32,000 nt of DNA from Candidatus Paracaedimonas acanthamoebae (GCA_000743035.1 CP008936.1:1690348-1722347), one strand, 5' to 3'; shown: positions 16,718 to 24,634, numbered from the stretch's first letter. Notes: generated by a model from the letters alone, not told the origin. A program made the numbers and translations.

Positions 16718-17362
16718 ATGCGAGAAAAATACTTATCCTTTGCGATTGTTAGAATTTTTATAGCAGCTTTTCTGCCCTCTTCTTCTTTATCAAGTGACTT
16801 TAAGGAAGAAAAAATTTTTGAGGGGGGCGCTAAAGGAAGGGGAATTTTTGTTAATGCGATAAAAAAGTCAAATGACCAAGCAATCATAGGTGCTTTAAGT
16901 TACGTCCTCATCAAAAACCACATTCTGAGATCCTAGAAGCTTTGAGTTTTGTACCCACTAAAGGAGTGCTTGTAAAAGTTATTCTTGAAAGTCGCTTAAG
17001 TGAGGCTGAAATCAGAAAATTTAAAAATTTACCCTTCCAAGCTTTTGAAGAAACAGGTGCTCATATTTTAAAAGATTTTAAGCCTTTTAAAAAAATGCTC
17101 ATCTTAAAATTTTTGCAACCCTAGAAAATGCCATGATAAGTACGACAAATTATGATGATACTGGGTCAGATCACATGAAGCGAGATTTTAGCTTGATCAC
17201 GTATGAGTCACGCCTCGTCACAGAGCTTAAATAAAATTGAGGCAGAAAGTACCCGTTGAATGGCCTTCTTATCATGTTCAGGATATACAAGACAACGAAA
17301 CTTGGCTTGCATGGGGGCCGGCCCTTCATAAGCTCCTTTTAGAAGAATTAATTGGCAGCGCT
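16718..17362 (+). pseudogene. phospholipase D / Nuc-like (HKD-motif) gene broken by at least two frameshifts plus a stop
   Basis: Pieces in three frames join into a PLD-like pattern: a signal peptide (MREKYLSFAIVRIFIAAFLPSSS); then ...SEILEALSFVPTKGVLVKVILES; then a degenerate HKD motif, NAHLKIFATLENAMISTTNYD, reachable only by a -1/+1 shift in the A7 run at 17089..17095; then a linker-like VEWPS...WLAWGPALHKLLLEELIGSA. Confidence 0.5.
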
Positions 17363-17581
17363 TTTTTCAGATTTTCTCATGGGAGCAAGGTTGTCAACAC
17401 GGCCATTGAAAATGGCACCTGGCAATTTACAAGAGGACATTTGGTAGACTACTTTAAAAGTATGCAATGTGGTGTAAAATTAGGTAAAGGGGCCCACGAA
17501 AAAGTCTCCTTGCCTCATTTATTAAAAATCACCAAAGATAGCGAGATAATCACCATTTTAAGTGATATGGGGGTGCTTTAA
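17237..17581 (+). CDS. hypothetical ORF, probably a chimeric remnant (the first ~42 codons look like a continuation of the PLD pseudogene)
   Basis: TTG start and no convincing RBS. The N-terminal part fits a PLD inter-domain linker and the remainder is unassignable. Confidence 0.2.
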   Translation: MRQKVPVEWPSYHVQDIQDNETWLAWGPALHKLLLEELIGSAFFRFSHGSKVVNTAIENGTWQFTRGHLVDYFKSMQCGVKLGKGAHEKVSLPHLLKITKDSEIITILSDMGVL

Positions 17582-17783
17582 CCCTTCCAGCGTGGGAGAA
17601 GAGAGGGGACGAAGTGCCGTATTAGAAGCACGCAAACTCATCAAACTGCTGGTCATCAAAGCCAAAAGCTCGGCAGCGCAAGAATAAGAGAAGGCTTGTA
17701 ATGGATTTGCCCCGAATTAAGAGATCAGCTCCATTCATGTAGAAATGTGTGAACTTAGGAGTCGAGTTTGTTAATTTTCTTTG

Positions 17784-18515
17784 TCACGCTGAACTTCCAC
17801 TCGAAAAAATAATTCCTTGGTATGCAGAAAGCTTCTTTTTTTGCTTATACTTTGGATCTGTATGAACATCTTTGCCGACAAATTCATAAAAGAAGCGTTG
17901 TGAAGGATCTCGAGTTCCATCTTCCAATAAAGGATATGCGGAGAGACTAATTTCATCATCGGGAAAGAAAAGTTTTGCGTGGGGATTATGAGTCTCTTTG
18001 GGAGATTTATTAATTTTAGTATGGGAATGTTGTCCTTCATCTGTCAGATCATGAGCTTGAGAATCAAAATTAATTTTTCCAGTGATCAATGTATTTAATC
18101 GGAATTGACGCCAATCCATAGGAGGTGTGACGTTAGGATTATACCCTTTGGGCTTAAACGTAATATCTCCTTTCATCGAAATAAGATGGCTAATAAGTAA
18201 GTCTAAAAACCCACCTTTTTCATGAGAATTCTGAAGATAAACAAGGGTAGGGGTGCAATGAGGGCATATCGTATTCGTCGAATATCCCAATAAAGCAACT
18301 CCATGAACTTTATAAAGTCCAGGAGCTAACAAAGAGGCTAAAGTATCACAAAGCTGCTGGATATAGGTTTTGTTCCGGAAAAACTCCATCATGACGCGCT
18401 CACTGTGAACAAATTGTGAGGTACAATTCACAGAAGCGGGGTGTTTAATGATATCTTCTACTTCTTTTTGAATATCTTCTCGGTTCTTTCCTTGAAGAAC
18501 ACTTCCTTCCACCAC
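17784..18515 (-). CDS. hypothetical protein with an HSE...CPHC motif pair; likely the C-terminal part of the upstream gene, separated from it by one in-frame TAA
   Basis: 243-codon ORF with a GTG start and no RBS. It is in the same frame as 18543..20111, with only TAA plus 9 sense codons between them. H37-S-E39 and C84-P-H-C87 are read directly. Confidence 0.4.
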   Translation of the reverse strand: MVEGSVLQGKNREDIQKEVEDIIKHPASVNCTSQFVHSERVMMEFFRNKTYIQQLCDTLASLLAPGLYKVHGVALLGYSTNTICPHCTPTLVYLQNSHEKGGFLDLLISHLISMKGDITFKPKGYNPNVTPPMDWRQFRLNTLITGKINFDSQAHDLTDEGQHSHTKINKSPKETHNPHAKLFFPDDEISLSAYPLLEDGTRDPSQRFFYEFVGKDVHTDPKYKQKKKLSAYQGIIFSSGSSA

Positions 18516-18542
18516 ATCATGTTTTACGCGCTCAAAAAAATA

Positions 18543-20096
18543 TTATTGATCAGTTGCGTGATCTTTTACGAAAACACCATCGTTTGCCCGGCGGGTTAAG
18601 GCTCGTTTGGGAAGTTGAGCGAAATTTAAAGGAACCTCTTTAAATTGTTTCTTATTTCCTTCTGTAGAAACAATGAAATAAAAAGAAGGAACGAAAATAT
18701 TTTCTTTGCCCTTTGATCGAAGAGACTCGTAATGCATTCCTATTTGTCTGAGCTTTATAAATACGCTTTGGATATCCAGAGTAGTCCGTTTGGGAGAGGA
18801 AGATTTTCCATAAGAAATATAACGTGTTTGAGGATGGGGATAGACTTTTGTATAGGCTTCTCGCGCGCGCGTATAAGCCGCATGAAGACGAGAGGTAAGA
18901 TAGGCTTCGCGATTAAATGTTTGAACCACAGGTAAAGCAGGAACTGTTGTTATGTATTGTTTTACCTTAGATTTTTTTGAAGGATTTTCGAAAATTTTTC
19001 GGTATGTCGTATAGATAGACCATTCTATTAAAGCGCCCCGCCAATCATTTTGTTCAGCCCTTTCATTATACTTTAAGGAAATATTTTTGAATGGTTCCGT
19101 AAAATCCTCAGAATTAAAAGTAAACATTTGGTGGATTGAGTCTAAAAGTTCTTTTCTAATATCTTGAGAAATTTTACCATCATGGAGGTCCGTGATTGTT
19201 TGGATATAGGTCTTTTCCAAAAATTTCGGACCATTAAAATCGAATTGTTCCCAATCATAATAAAACCAAAGGCCTTCAAAGATCGTGCTTACTAATTCTT
19301 TGGGAACATTAATTTCATCTTTAATCTTTTCAGTAAACTCCCATGAAACCTGTAAAGTACCCTCTATTTCTTCGTGGAGGAGCCAACTGTATTTTCCATT
19401 TAGACGTTCAACATGATTTTCTAAATACCTGTTAATGGCAACAGGATCAATGGATTCTGGGGTAAAGTCATCAATCGAGTCAAAATCTAAAAGAAACATC
19501 TTTCTTAGTTTTTCAAGTTGCCAGACTTCATATTGATTGTCATCTGTACTTGAAATTATAGAACTCTCAGAGTAACAGTCATCTTCTTCATAATCATAGA
19601 GAGACGTATTTTCATCGCTCTCTGATGAATTGTCATATCGTTCATAACCATTTTGATACGCAGTCCGCCAGGCATCTTCTTCATCAGTGTCGTCATATGC
19701 ATCATCTTGATCACTCCATTGTGGTTGGTTTTCTGCTTCATATTGAGATTTTGTAAGAACATCTTCTTTCATCCAAGAAAAAATACTGCGTTGTAAAATT
19801 ATTCTAACAACTTCATGCCGTTCTTGAAAAAAAGCGCGATGTTTTTTTATCAAAGAGACGAGTTGTCCGATGATAGAGGTGAATTCACGCTCAGCTATCG
19901 TGGTAAGTTGGGAAACTAATTCTTTATAATGTTGAGTATTTTGCCATGTAAAGGCATCCTTATCATCGCTGACAAGAGTTATCTTTGAGAGCGAAGTCGA
20001 TAATTTTTCTCTGTCATCATTACTAGAGCCGAATGTAAGCGTCGATGTAAAGAGATTGATCAGCAATAAGAAGCATTTGAAGTTATTTAGTTTCAT
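18543..20096 (-). CDS. secreted hypothetical protein with an acidic low-complexity tract
   Basis: ATG at 20096 follows GAGGAA. Signal peptide MKLNNFKCFLLLINLFTSTLTFG. D/E/S/Y-rich segment (DQDDAYDDTDEEDA...YDYEEDDCYSESS). No family recognised. Confidence 0.6.
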   Translation of the reverse strand: MKLNNFKCFLLLINLFTSTLTFGSSNDDREKLSTSLSKITLVSDDKDAFTWQNTQHYKELVSQLTTIAEREFTSIIGQLVSLIKKHRAFFQERHEVVRIILQRSIFSWMKEDVLTKSQYEAENQPQWSDQDDAYDDTDEEDAWRTAYQNGYERYDNSSESDENTSLYDYEEDDCYSESSIISSTDDNQYEVWQLEKLRKMFLLDFDSIDDFTPESIDPVAINRYLENHVERLNGKYSWLLHEEIEGTLQVSWEFTEKIKDEINVPKELVSTIFEGLWFYYDWEQFDFNGPKFLEKTYIQTITDLHDGKISQDIRKELLDSIHQMFTFNSEDFTEPFKNISLKYNERAEQNDWRGALIEWSIYTTYRKIFENPSKKSKVKQYITTVPALPVVQTFNREAYLTSRLHAAYTRAREAYTKVYPHPQTRYISYGKSSSPKRTTLDIQSVFIKLRQIGMHYESLRSKGKENIFVPSFYFIVSTEGNKKQFKEVPLNFAQLPKRALTRRANDGVFVKDHATDQ

Positions 20097-20218
20097 GAGA
20101 CATTTCCTCAATCATTTTTTGATCAGGAAAATACTAAAAGGCCTTTAAATGATTAATCTATAGGCAAAAATTACTTAGGTAGTTTACTTATTGACATCTA
20201 CACTAGGAAAAAACCTCT

Positions 20219-21355
20219 CTAAAGGACCGAGGTCACAGGCTGAGGACCTTGCTCAGTCCATTTAAAAATAAAAAAGGTCCTCTCAACAGAGCCATCTTCT
20301 TTCAGACGAAAGAAACCATTGGCCCCATAAAAACCATCCGTCTTAATAAAGTCTCGAAAACTTAAACGCTTAGTCGGGGCCTCTTTTATGGCATGCGATA
20401 AGGCCACGATGGCATCATACCCAAGGCTTGCCATCCGTTGAGGGGCGGCCCCATAAATTTTCTCAAAGCGACTTTCAAAGGCTTGATAAGTCTCTGGGGT
20501 TGGTGCCGCATACCAACTCCCTAAAAGTTGAGACGGCGCTTCCTTGCTTTCCCACAAAGTTGTTCCTAAAAGTTGATGGTGTGAATAATCAAAAGCATAA
20601 TAATCTAAGTTTTGGAAAAGATTTTTTAACTCTTTCCCTCCAACAGGAATAAAAAGAGCGTCATAGGAAATATGCTTGAGATGGTCTAATTCCGTCTTAA
20701 GATTCTCGCCTTGCCCTTCATAAGGAATCAATCCAACAAGGGTAAGATGTCGCGTCGCAGTCTCTTTTTTTAGTTCATGGCTGAGACTATCTCCATAGGC
20801 TGTTTTGGGAACAAGCGCTGCGATCCTGTTGAGATTTTGGTGAGAAGCGTACTCAAGAATTTCACGAACTTGGGCTTGTGGTGAAAAGCCAAACATAAAA
20901 ATCCCTTGTTCGGCCATCTTAATATCATTTGAAAAAGAAAGAAGAGGAAGCTGGTGGGCTTTAAGGAAAGGTTTAATAGCTTTTACTTCGGCAGAGAAGA
21001 CAGGACCAATGATGGCCTCTATATTCTCATTCATGCATTCTTGAGCCGCTTTGAGGGCGCCTTGAGGTGCCCCTTCAGTATCTTTATAAACCAGCTCAAT
21101 TTCTTCTGTGGGGTGCTCAAAAAAGCTAAGCTCGGTCGCCTGCCTTAAGAAGTGACCAAGCGCCGCATGAGAGCCTGAGAGAGGGAGCAAAACCCCAACT
21201 TTGCGTTTGTGAGAAAGAAGGGATTCTTCCTGAAGAGGTTCAGCCTGAAGTGAAAGAGAGTCTTGTTGATCAGCTTGATTTTGAGGTATGGTGGTCTCAC
21301 AAGATGTAAGGCCGAATAATAGACTGACCATAAAGGCTTTAAAGCATGATTTCAT
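20219..21355 (-). CDS. LpoA/LppC-like lipoprotein (type-1 periplasmic-binding-protein fold; putative penicillin-binding-protein activator)
   Basis: Lipoprotein signal MKSCFKAFMVSLLFGLTSC when started at the ATG at 21355. The body is LivK/PBP1-like (KVGVLLPLSGSHAALG...). It sits next to yraN and a BON lipoprotein, as in the E. coli yraM-N-O-P locus. Confidence 0.65.
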   Translation of the reverse strand: MKSCFKAFMVSLLFGLTSCETTIPQNQADQQDSLSLQAEPLQEESLLSHKRKVGVLLPLSGSHAALGHFLRQATELSFFEHPTEEIELVYKDTEGAPQGALKAAQECMNENIEAIIGPVFSAEVKAIKPFLKAHQLPLLSFSNDIKMAEQGIFMFGFSPQAQVREILEYASHQNLNRIAALVPKTAYGDSLSHELKKETATRHLTLVGLIPYEGQGENLKTELDHLKHISYDALFIPVGGKELKNLFQNLDYYAFDYSHHQLLGTTLWESKEAPSQLLGSWYAAPTPETYQAFESRFEKIYGAAPQRMASLGYDAIVALSHAIKEAPTKRLSFRDFIKTDGFYGANGFFRLKEDGSVERTFFIFKWTEQGPQPVTSVL

Positions 21356-21801
21356 TACAAGACATCCTTCAACAAAATGTTTCACGTGAAACAAAGAGTA
21401 ATCGCTCTTACGCAAGTTGTAAACATACGAGCAAAGCTCGTCGAAAAATTCAAGCGGAATGCAAAGGGCGTTGGGCTGAAAGAATAAGTCGGATTTTATT
21501 GCGCTTCAAAGGATATCAGATTCTAGCAACGCGATATAAAACACCTGTGGGAGAGATTGATATTATCGCAAAACGCCGTAAAATTTTGGCCATTATTGAG
21601 GTCAAGGCGCGATCTACTCATGCCTTAGCCCTTGAATCGTTAAGAATGGCACAACAACAAAGAATTCAAAGAGCGGCCACATGGTTTTTATCAAAAAATC
21701 CAAAACTTGCTGGCCTTCAGATTCGCTTCGATATAATCTTAGTTCTTCCATTGCGATGGAATCATCTTCAAAACATGTGGTTTATACAAAACGGAGATTA
21801 A
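21346..21801 (+). CDS. yraN: YraN/UPF0102 family endonuclease-like protein
   Basis: UPF0102 core: GRWAERISRILLRFKGYQILATRYKTPVGEIDIIAKRRKILAIIEVKARS. The N-terminus is unusually long and contains a palindrome copy. Confidence 0.8.
   Translation: MISLQDILQQNVSRETKSNRSYASCKHTSKARRKIQAECKGRWAERISRILLRFKGYQILATRYKTPVGEIDIIAKRRKILAIIEVKARSTHALALESLRMAQQQRIQRAATWFLSKNPKLAGLQIRFDIILVLPLRWNHLQNMWFIQNGD
21378..21393. repeat. palindrome family copy 5: core TGTTTCACGTGAAACA (16 bp), at the overlapping divergent 5' ends of the lpoA-like gene and yraN
   Basis: Read directly. It lies in yraN codons 11-16 (NVSRET) and 23-38 nt upstream of the lpoA-like ATG. Confidence 0.95.
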
Positions 21802-21802
21802 T

Positions 21803-22519
21803 ATGAAAACAATGCTTGTTTCAGCGTCAACGATCATGAGTCTTTTTATGCTATCAGGGTGTGCCCCTGTTGCTTTTATGGGGGGGGCTACAACGGTTGC
21901 TACGAGTGCGTCGGAAGAGCGAGGGATGAAAGGCGTTTTTTCAGATGCACAAATTAAAGCGCACATTCAGGCAAAATGGATGGATAAAAGGCCGGAGCTT
22001 GTGATGGCAACAAATGTTGTTGTGCGGCAGGGGCGAGTCTTGATTACAGGTGAACTCGAGACACCAGAACAACAAATTGATGCGGTTCGATATGTGTGGC
22101 AAGTTCCGGGGGTTAAGGAAGTTGTTGACGAAACAACCGTAGGTAAAACATCCTCTTTTCAACAATATGCTCGTGATAGTTGGATTACAACCCAGCTTAA
22201 AACAAAAATTCTAAATGATAATAAAATTCGCTCTTTGAATTACAATGTGCATACTGAGAATGGAACTGTGTTCTTGATGGGAATTGCTCAAAATCAACAA
22301 GAGCTTGATAAAGTTATTCATTATGCGCGTCATATTGGTGGGGTCCGCAAAGTGACGAGCTATGTGACGATTAAATCACCGGCTTCGGCGACATCTCAAG
22401 GAAAAACTCATCAGCAAGATCAAGCGACTTTAGAAGATTTTCCAATTATAGATGCACCTGATGAGCCTTTAAGACCTCAAACATTAGATGAACCGAACAC
22501 AGGTTCTTCTTTTCAATAA
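21803..22519 (+). CDS. BON-domain lipoprotein (DolP/YraP/OsmY-like), two BON domains
   Basis: Lipobox LSGC. Two BON repeats (...VVVRQGRVLITGELETPEQQIDAVRYVWQVPGVKEV... and ...VHTENGTVFLMGIAQNQQELDKVIHYARHIGGVRKV...). Confidence 0.8.
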   Translation: MKTMLVSASTIMSLFMLSGCAPVAFMGGATTVATSASEERGMKGVFSDAQIKAHIQAKWMDKRPELVMATNVVVRQGRVLITGELETPEQQIDAVRYVWQVPGVKEVVDETTVGKTSSFQQYARDSWITTQLKTKILNDNKIRSLNYNVHTENGTVFLMGIAQNQQELDKVIHYARHIGGVRKVTSYVTIKSPASATSQGKTHQQDQATLEDFPIIDAPDEPLRPQTLDEPNTGSSFQ

Positions 22520-22543
22520 AGATCATTAATTGTGGAGGAGAAG

Positions 22544-23488
22544 ATGCGGCTTAAAGTTGCTTTTCAAATGGATCCGCTGCCATCATTAAATTATGCGGCT
22601 GACACGACAGTGGCCTTAATTTTTGAGGCGAATCGTCGAGGGTATGAACTTTATTTTTATGAGCCGCATCAGCTGACTTGGAGTAATCATCAGGTACGAG
22701 CACCTCTTTTCCCCCTCTCGATTGATACGGCGATGATGCCACCTTTAATTCTAAGCAAATCTGAAATGCGGGATTTGTCAGACATGGATGTGATCTGGAT
22801 CCGACAAAACCCTCCTTTTGATTTAGGCTATTTTACAAACACATATCTTCTTGAAAGTCTTCCCCCTACCACACTGGTGCTCAATGCACCTCATGGGGTT
22901 CGGAATGCGCCAGAAAAGCTGTTGATTACGAAGTTTGCTCATCTTATGCCACCCACCTTGATTACGGAAGATCTTGAGGAAATCACAGCGTTCCAAGAGA
23001 CGCATGGGGATATTATCCTTAAACCGCTTTACGAATTTGGAGGGGCGGGAATTTTTTACCTGAAGCCAGGCGATGTTAATTTGGCGGTTGCTACAGAAAT
23101 GATGCGTAAGAGTTACCCAACTCAGCCATGGATGGTGCAAAAATTTCTTCCTGAGGTCCGCCAAGGGGATAAACGTCTTCTCTTATTGGATGGGGAACTC
23201 ATTGGCGGGTTTAGTCGGATTCCAGCCGAAGAAAGTATTCGAAGTAACCTTGTGCGCGGCGGTCAAGGGCAACCTTATCACCCCACTGAAAAAGATAAGA
23301 AAATCTGCCAAGAACTCGCGCCTATGTTAAAAGAAATGGGGCTTTTCTTCGTAGGTCTTGATATCATTGGTGATTATCTGACAGAGATTAATGTGACCTC
23401 ACCCACAGGGATTCAGATGCTCAATAAACTCAATAAGATGCATGTCGAGCGCCTTGTTTGGGATAAAGTATTGGAAAAACGTGTATAA
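22544..23488 (+). CDS. gshB: glutathione synthetase
   Basis: Prokaryotic GshB N-domain (MRLKVAFQMDPLPSLNYAADTT) and ATP-grasp part (ILKPLYEFGGAGIF, GDKRLLLLDGE, GLDIIGDYLTEINVTSPTG). ATG at 22544 follows GGAGGAG. Confidence 0.92.
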   Translation: MRLKVAFQMDPLPSLNYAADTTVALIFEANRRGYELYFYEPHQLTWSNHQVRAPLFPLSIDTAMMPPLILSKSEMRDLSDMDVIWIRQNPPFDLGYFTNTYLLESLPPTTLVLNAPHGVRNAPEKLLITKFAHLMPPTLITEDLEEITAFQETHGDIILKPLYEFGGAGIFYLKPGDVNLAVATEMMRKSYPTQPWMVQKFLPEVRQGDKRLLLLDGELIGGFSRIPAEESIRSNLVRGGQGQPYHPTEKDKKICQELAPMLKEMGLFFVGLDIIGDYLTEINVTSPTGIQMLNKLNKMHVERLVWDKVLEKRV

Positions 23489-23629
23489 ATTTGAATTTGG
23501 CTATCCAAAGGTAGTTTTATCCCATCATTGCAAAGGAATTGACATACACAGACCATAATTTTTAAGCTCGTCTTACATGTAAATGCTTTAGAGATGATTG
23601 AATAAGGCTGAACGGATGAGAGGAAGCAC

Positions 23630-24634
23630 ATGGGAAAAAAGATTTTATCATGGGTTGTTATTATTTCACAGGTCTATGCGTCTTGTGCACAGGCCACAAG
23701 CACCTTGGTTGAGCAGGAGCAAAAAGGATCTTCAACAGCTCGTATTGTTCCTCAAGGAATTTCACCTATTCCTCCTGAGAAAAGTTTAACCTCTTCTGTT
23801 AAGAATAAGGTTGAGTGGAAAGAGACAGGCATTGATGTCACTACCAATTCTTGTAAATGGGATTATCAGCTGATCAGCAAAGAAATTCCGATTGTTTCAA
23901 ACACACCTTTTGAACTGGACTTTGAAGTTTGTCTTAGGCACGGCGGCTTTGGTGTGAAATTTCTCTCGCAAGATCGAAAGAAATTTCTAGGTGCTAAGTA
24001 CTATCAAAAACCTGGCCTTGTTAAAGATACGCTCAAGCTTCCCTTTGGAACCACTGATGAAAGTGTCTACCTTATTTTTACAAATAATCTACCAGAGGCA
24101 GGTGTATCTCACTTTATCATTAAGAATTATACCTTAACTCAGTCGCCTCTTTCTCCTGAAAAAATCCTCACACCCTTTTCACCTCAAAAGGTTGAGCGCA
24201 CAGGTCAAGGAATTGAGGTCACCACCAATCCTTGTAAATGGGATTCTCAACTGATCAGCAAACCCATTCCCATGACATTAGCCGCTGCTCCTGAAGTGTC
24301 CTTTGAGGTTGATCTCAAAAAAGGTGGATTTTCTGTAAGGTTTCTCTCCCACGATCAAAAGAAATTCTTAGCCTCTAAGCACTATCAAAAACCCGGCCTT
24401 GTTAAAGATACGCTAGAACTTCCTGCTGACACGACTGAGAAAAGTATTTACCTTGTGTTTACGAACGCTCTCCTAGAACCAGGCGTGTCTCATTTTGTCA
24501 TTAAGGATTATGTCCTCACACAAAATGATCAATCCTATCCAGATCATCTACTTGCCTACTTTCATCAAAGAGAAGGGAATAAGAATATAAAGATGCTCAA
24601 CAAAGGTCACCAAAAATTGTTTGAAGTAGAATGA
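23630..24634 (+). CDS. secreted hypothetical protein built from two tandem ~127-aa modules
   Basis: Signal peptide MGKKILSWVVIISQVYA. Modules at aa ~45-171 and 172-298 align residue for residue (TTNxCKWDxQLISK, GGFxVxFLSxDxKKFL, YQKPGLVKDTL, GVSHFxIKxYxLTQ). Confidence 0.6.
   Translation: MGKKILSWVVIISQVYASCAQATSTLVEQEQKGSSTARIVPQGISPIPPEKSLTSSVKNKVEWKETGIDVTTNSCKWDYQLISKEIPIVSNTPFELDFEVCLRHGGFGVKFLSQDRKKFLGAKYYQKPGLVKDTLKLPFGTTDESVYLIFTNNLPEAGVSHFIIKNYTLTQSPLSPEKILTPFSPQKVERTGQGIEVTTNPCKWDSQLISKPIPMTLAAAPEVSFEVDLKKGGFSVRFLSHDQKKFLASKHYQKPGLVKDTLELPADTTEKSIYLVFTNALLEPGVSHFVIKDYVLTQNDQSYPDHLLAYFHQREGNKNIKMLNKGHQKLFEVE
23762..24523 (+). repeat. intragenic tandem duplication, 2 x 381 nt (23762..24142 and 24143..24523)
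   Basis: The period of 127 codons was measured from aligned residues (V61/V188, C75/C202, G129/G256). Long near-identical nucleotide runs occur, e.g. cttgtaaatgggatt and ggccttgttaaagatacgct. Confidence 0.8.

Noticed and set aside
17432-17581. HicA-toxin-like resemblance (…VKLGKGAHEKVSLP…ILSDMGVL) in the C-terminal part of ORF 17237..17581
   Set aside because: The only similarity is a GKG(S/A)HxK-like patch and a terminal hydrophobic motif. No partner HicB-like ORF is present, and the ORF is a mosaic next to a pseudogene. This is too weak to call.
17771-18040. 89-aa ORF overlapping the 3' part of ORF 17784..18515 in another frame
   Set aside because: It lies almost entirely within the longer same-strand ORF and has low-complexity sequence. 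It is an alternative-frame artefact.
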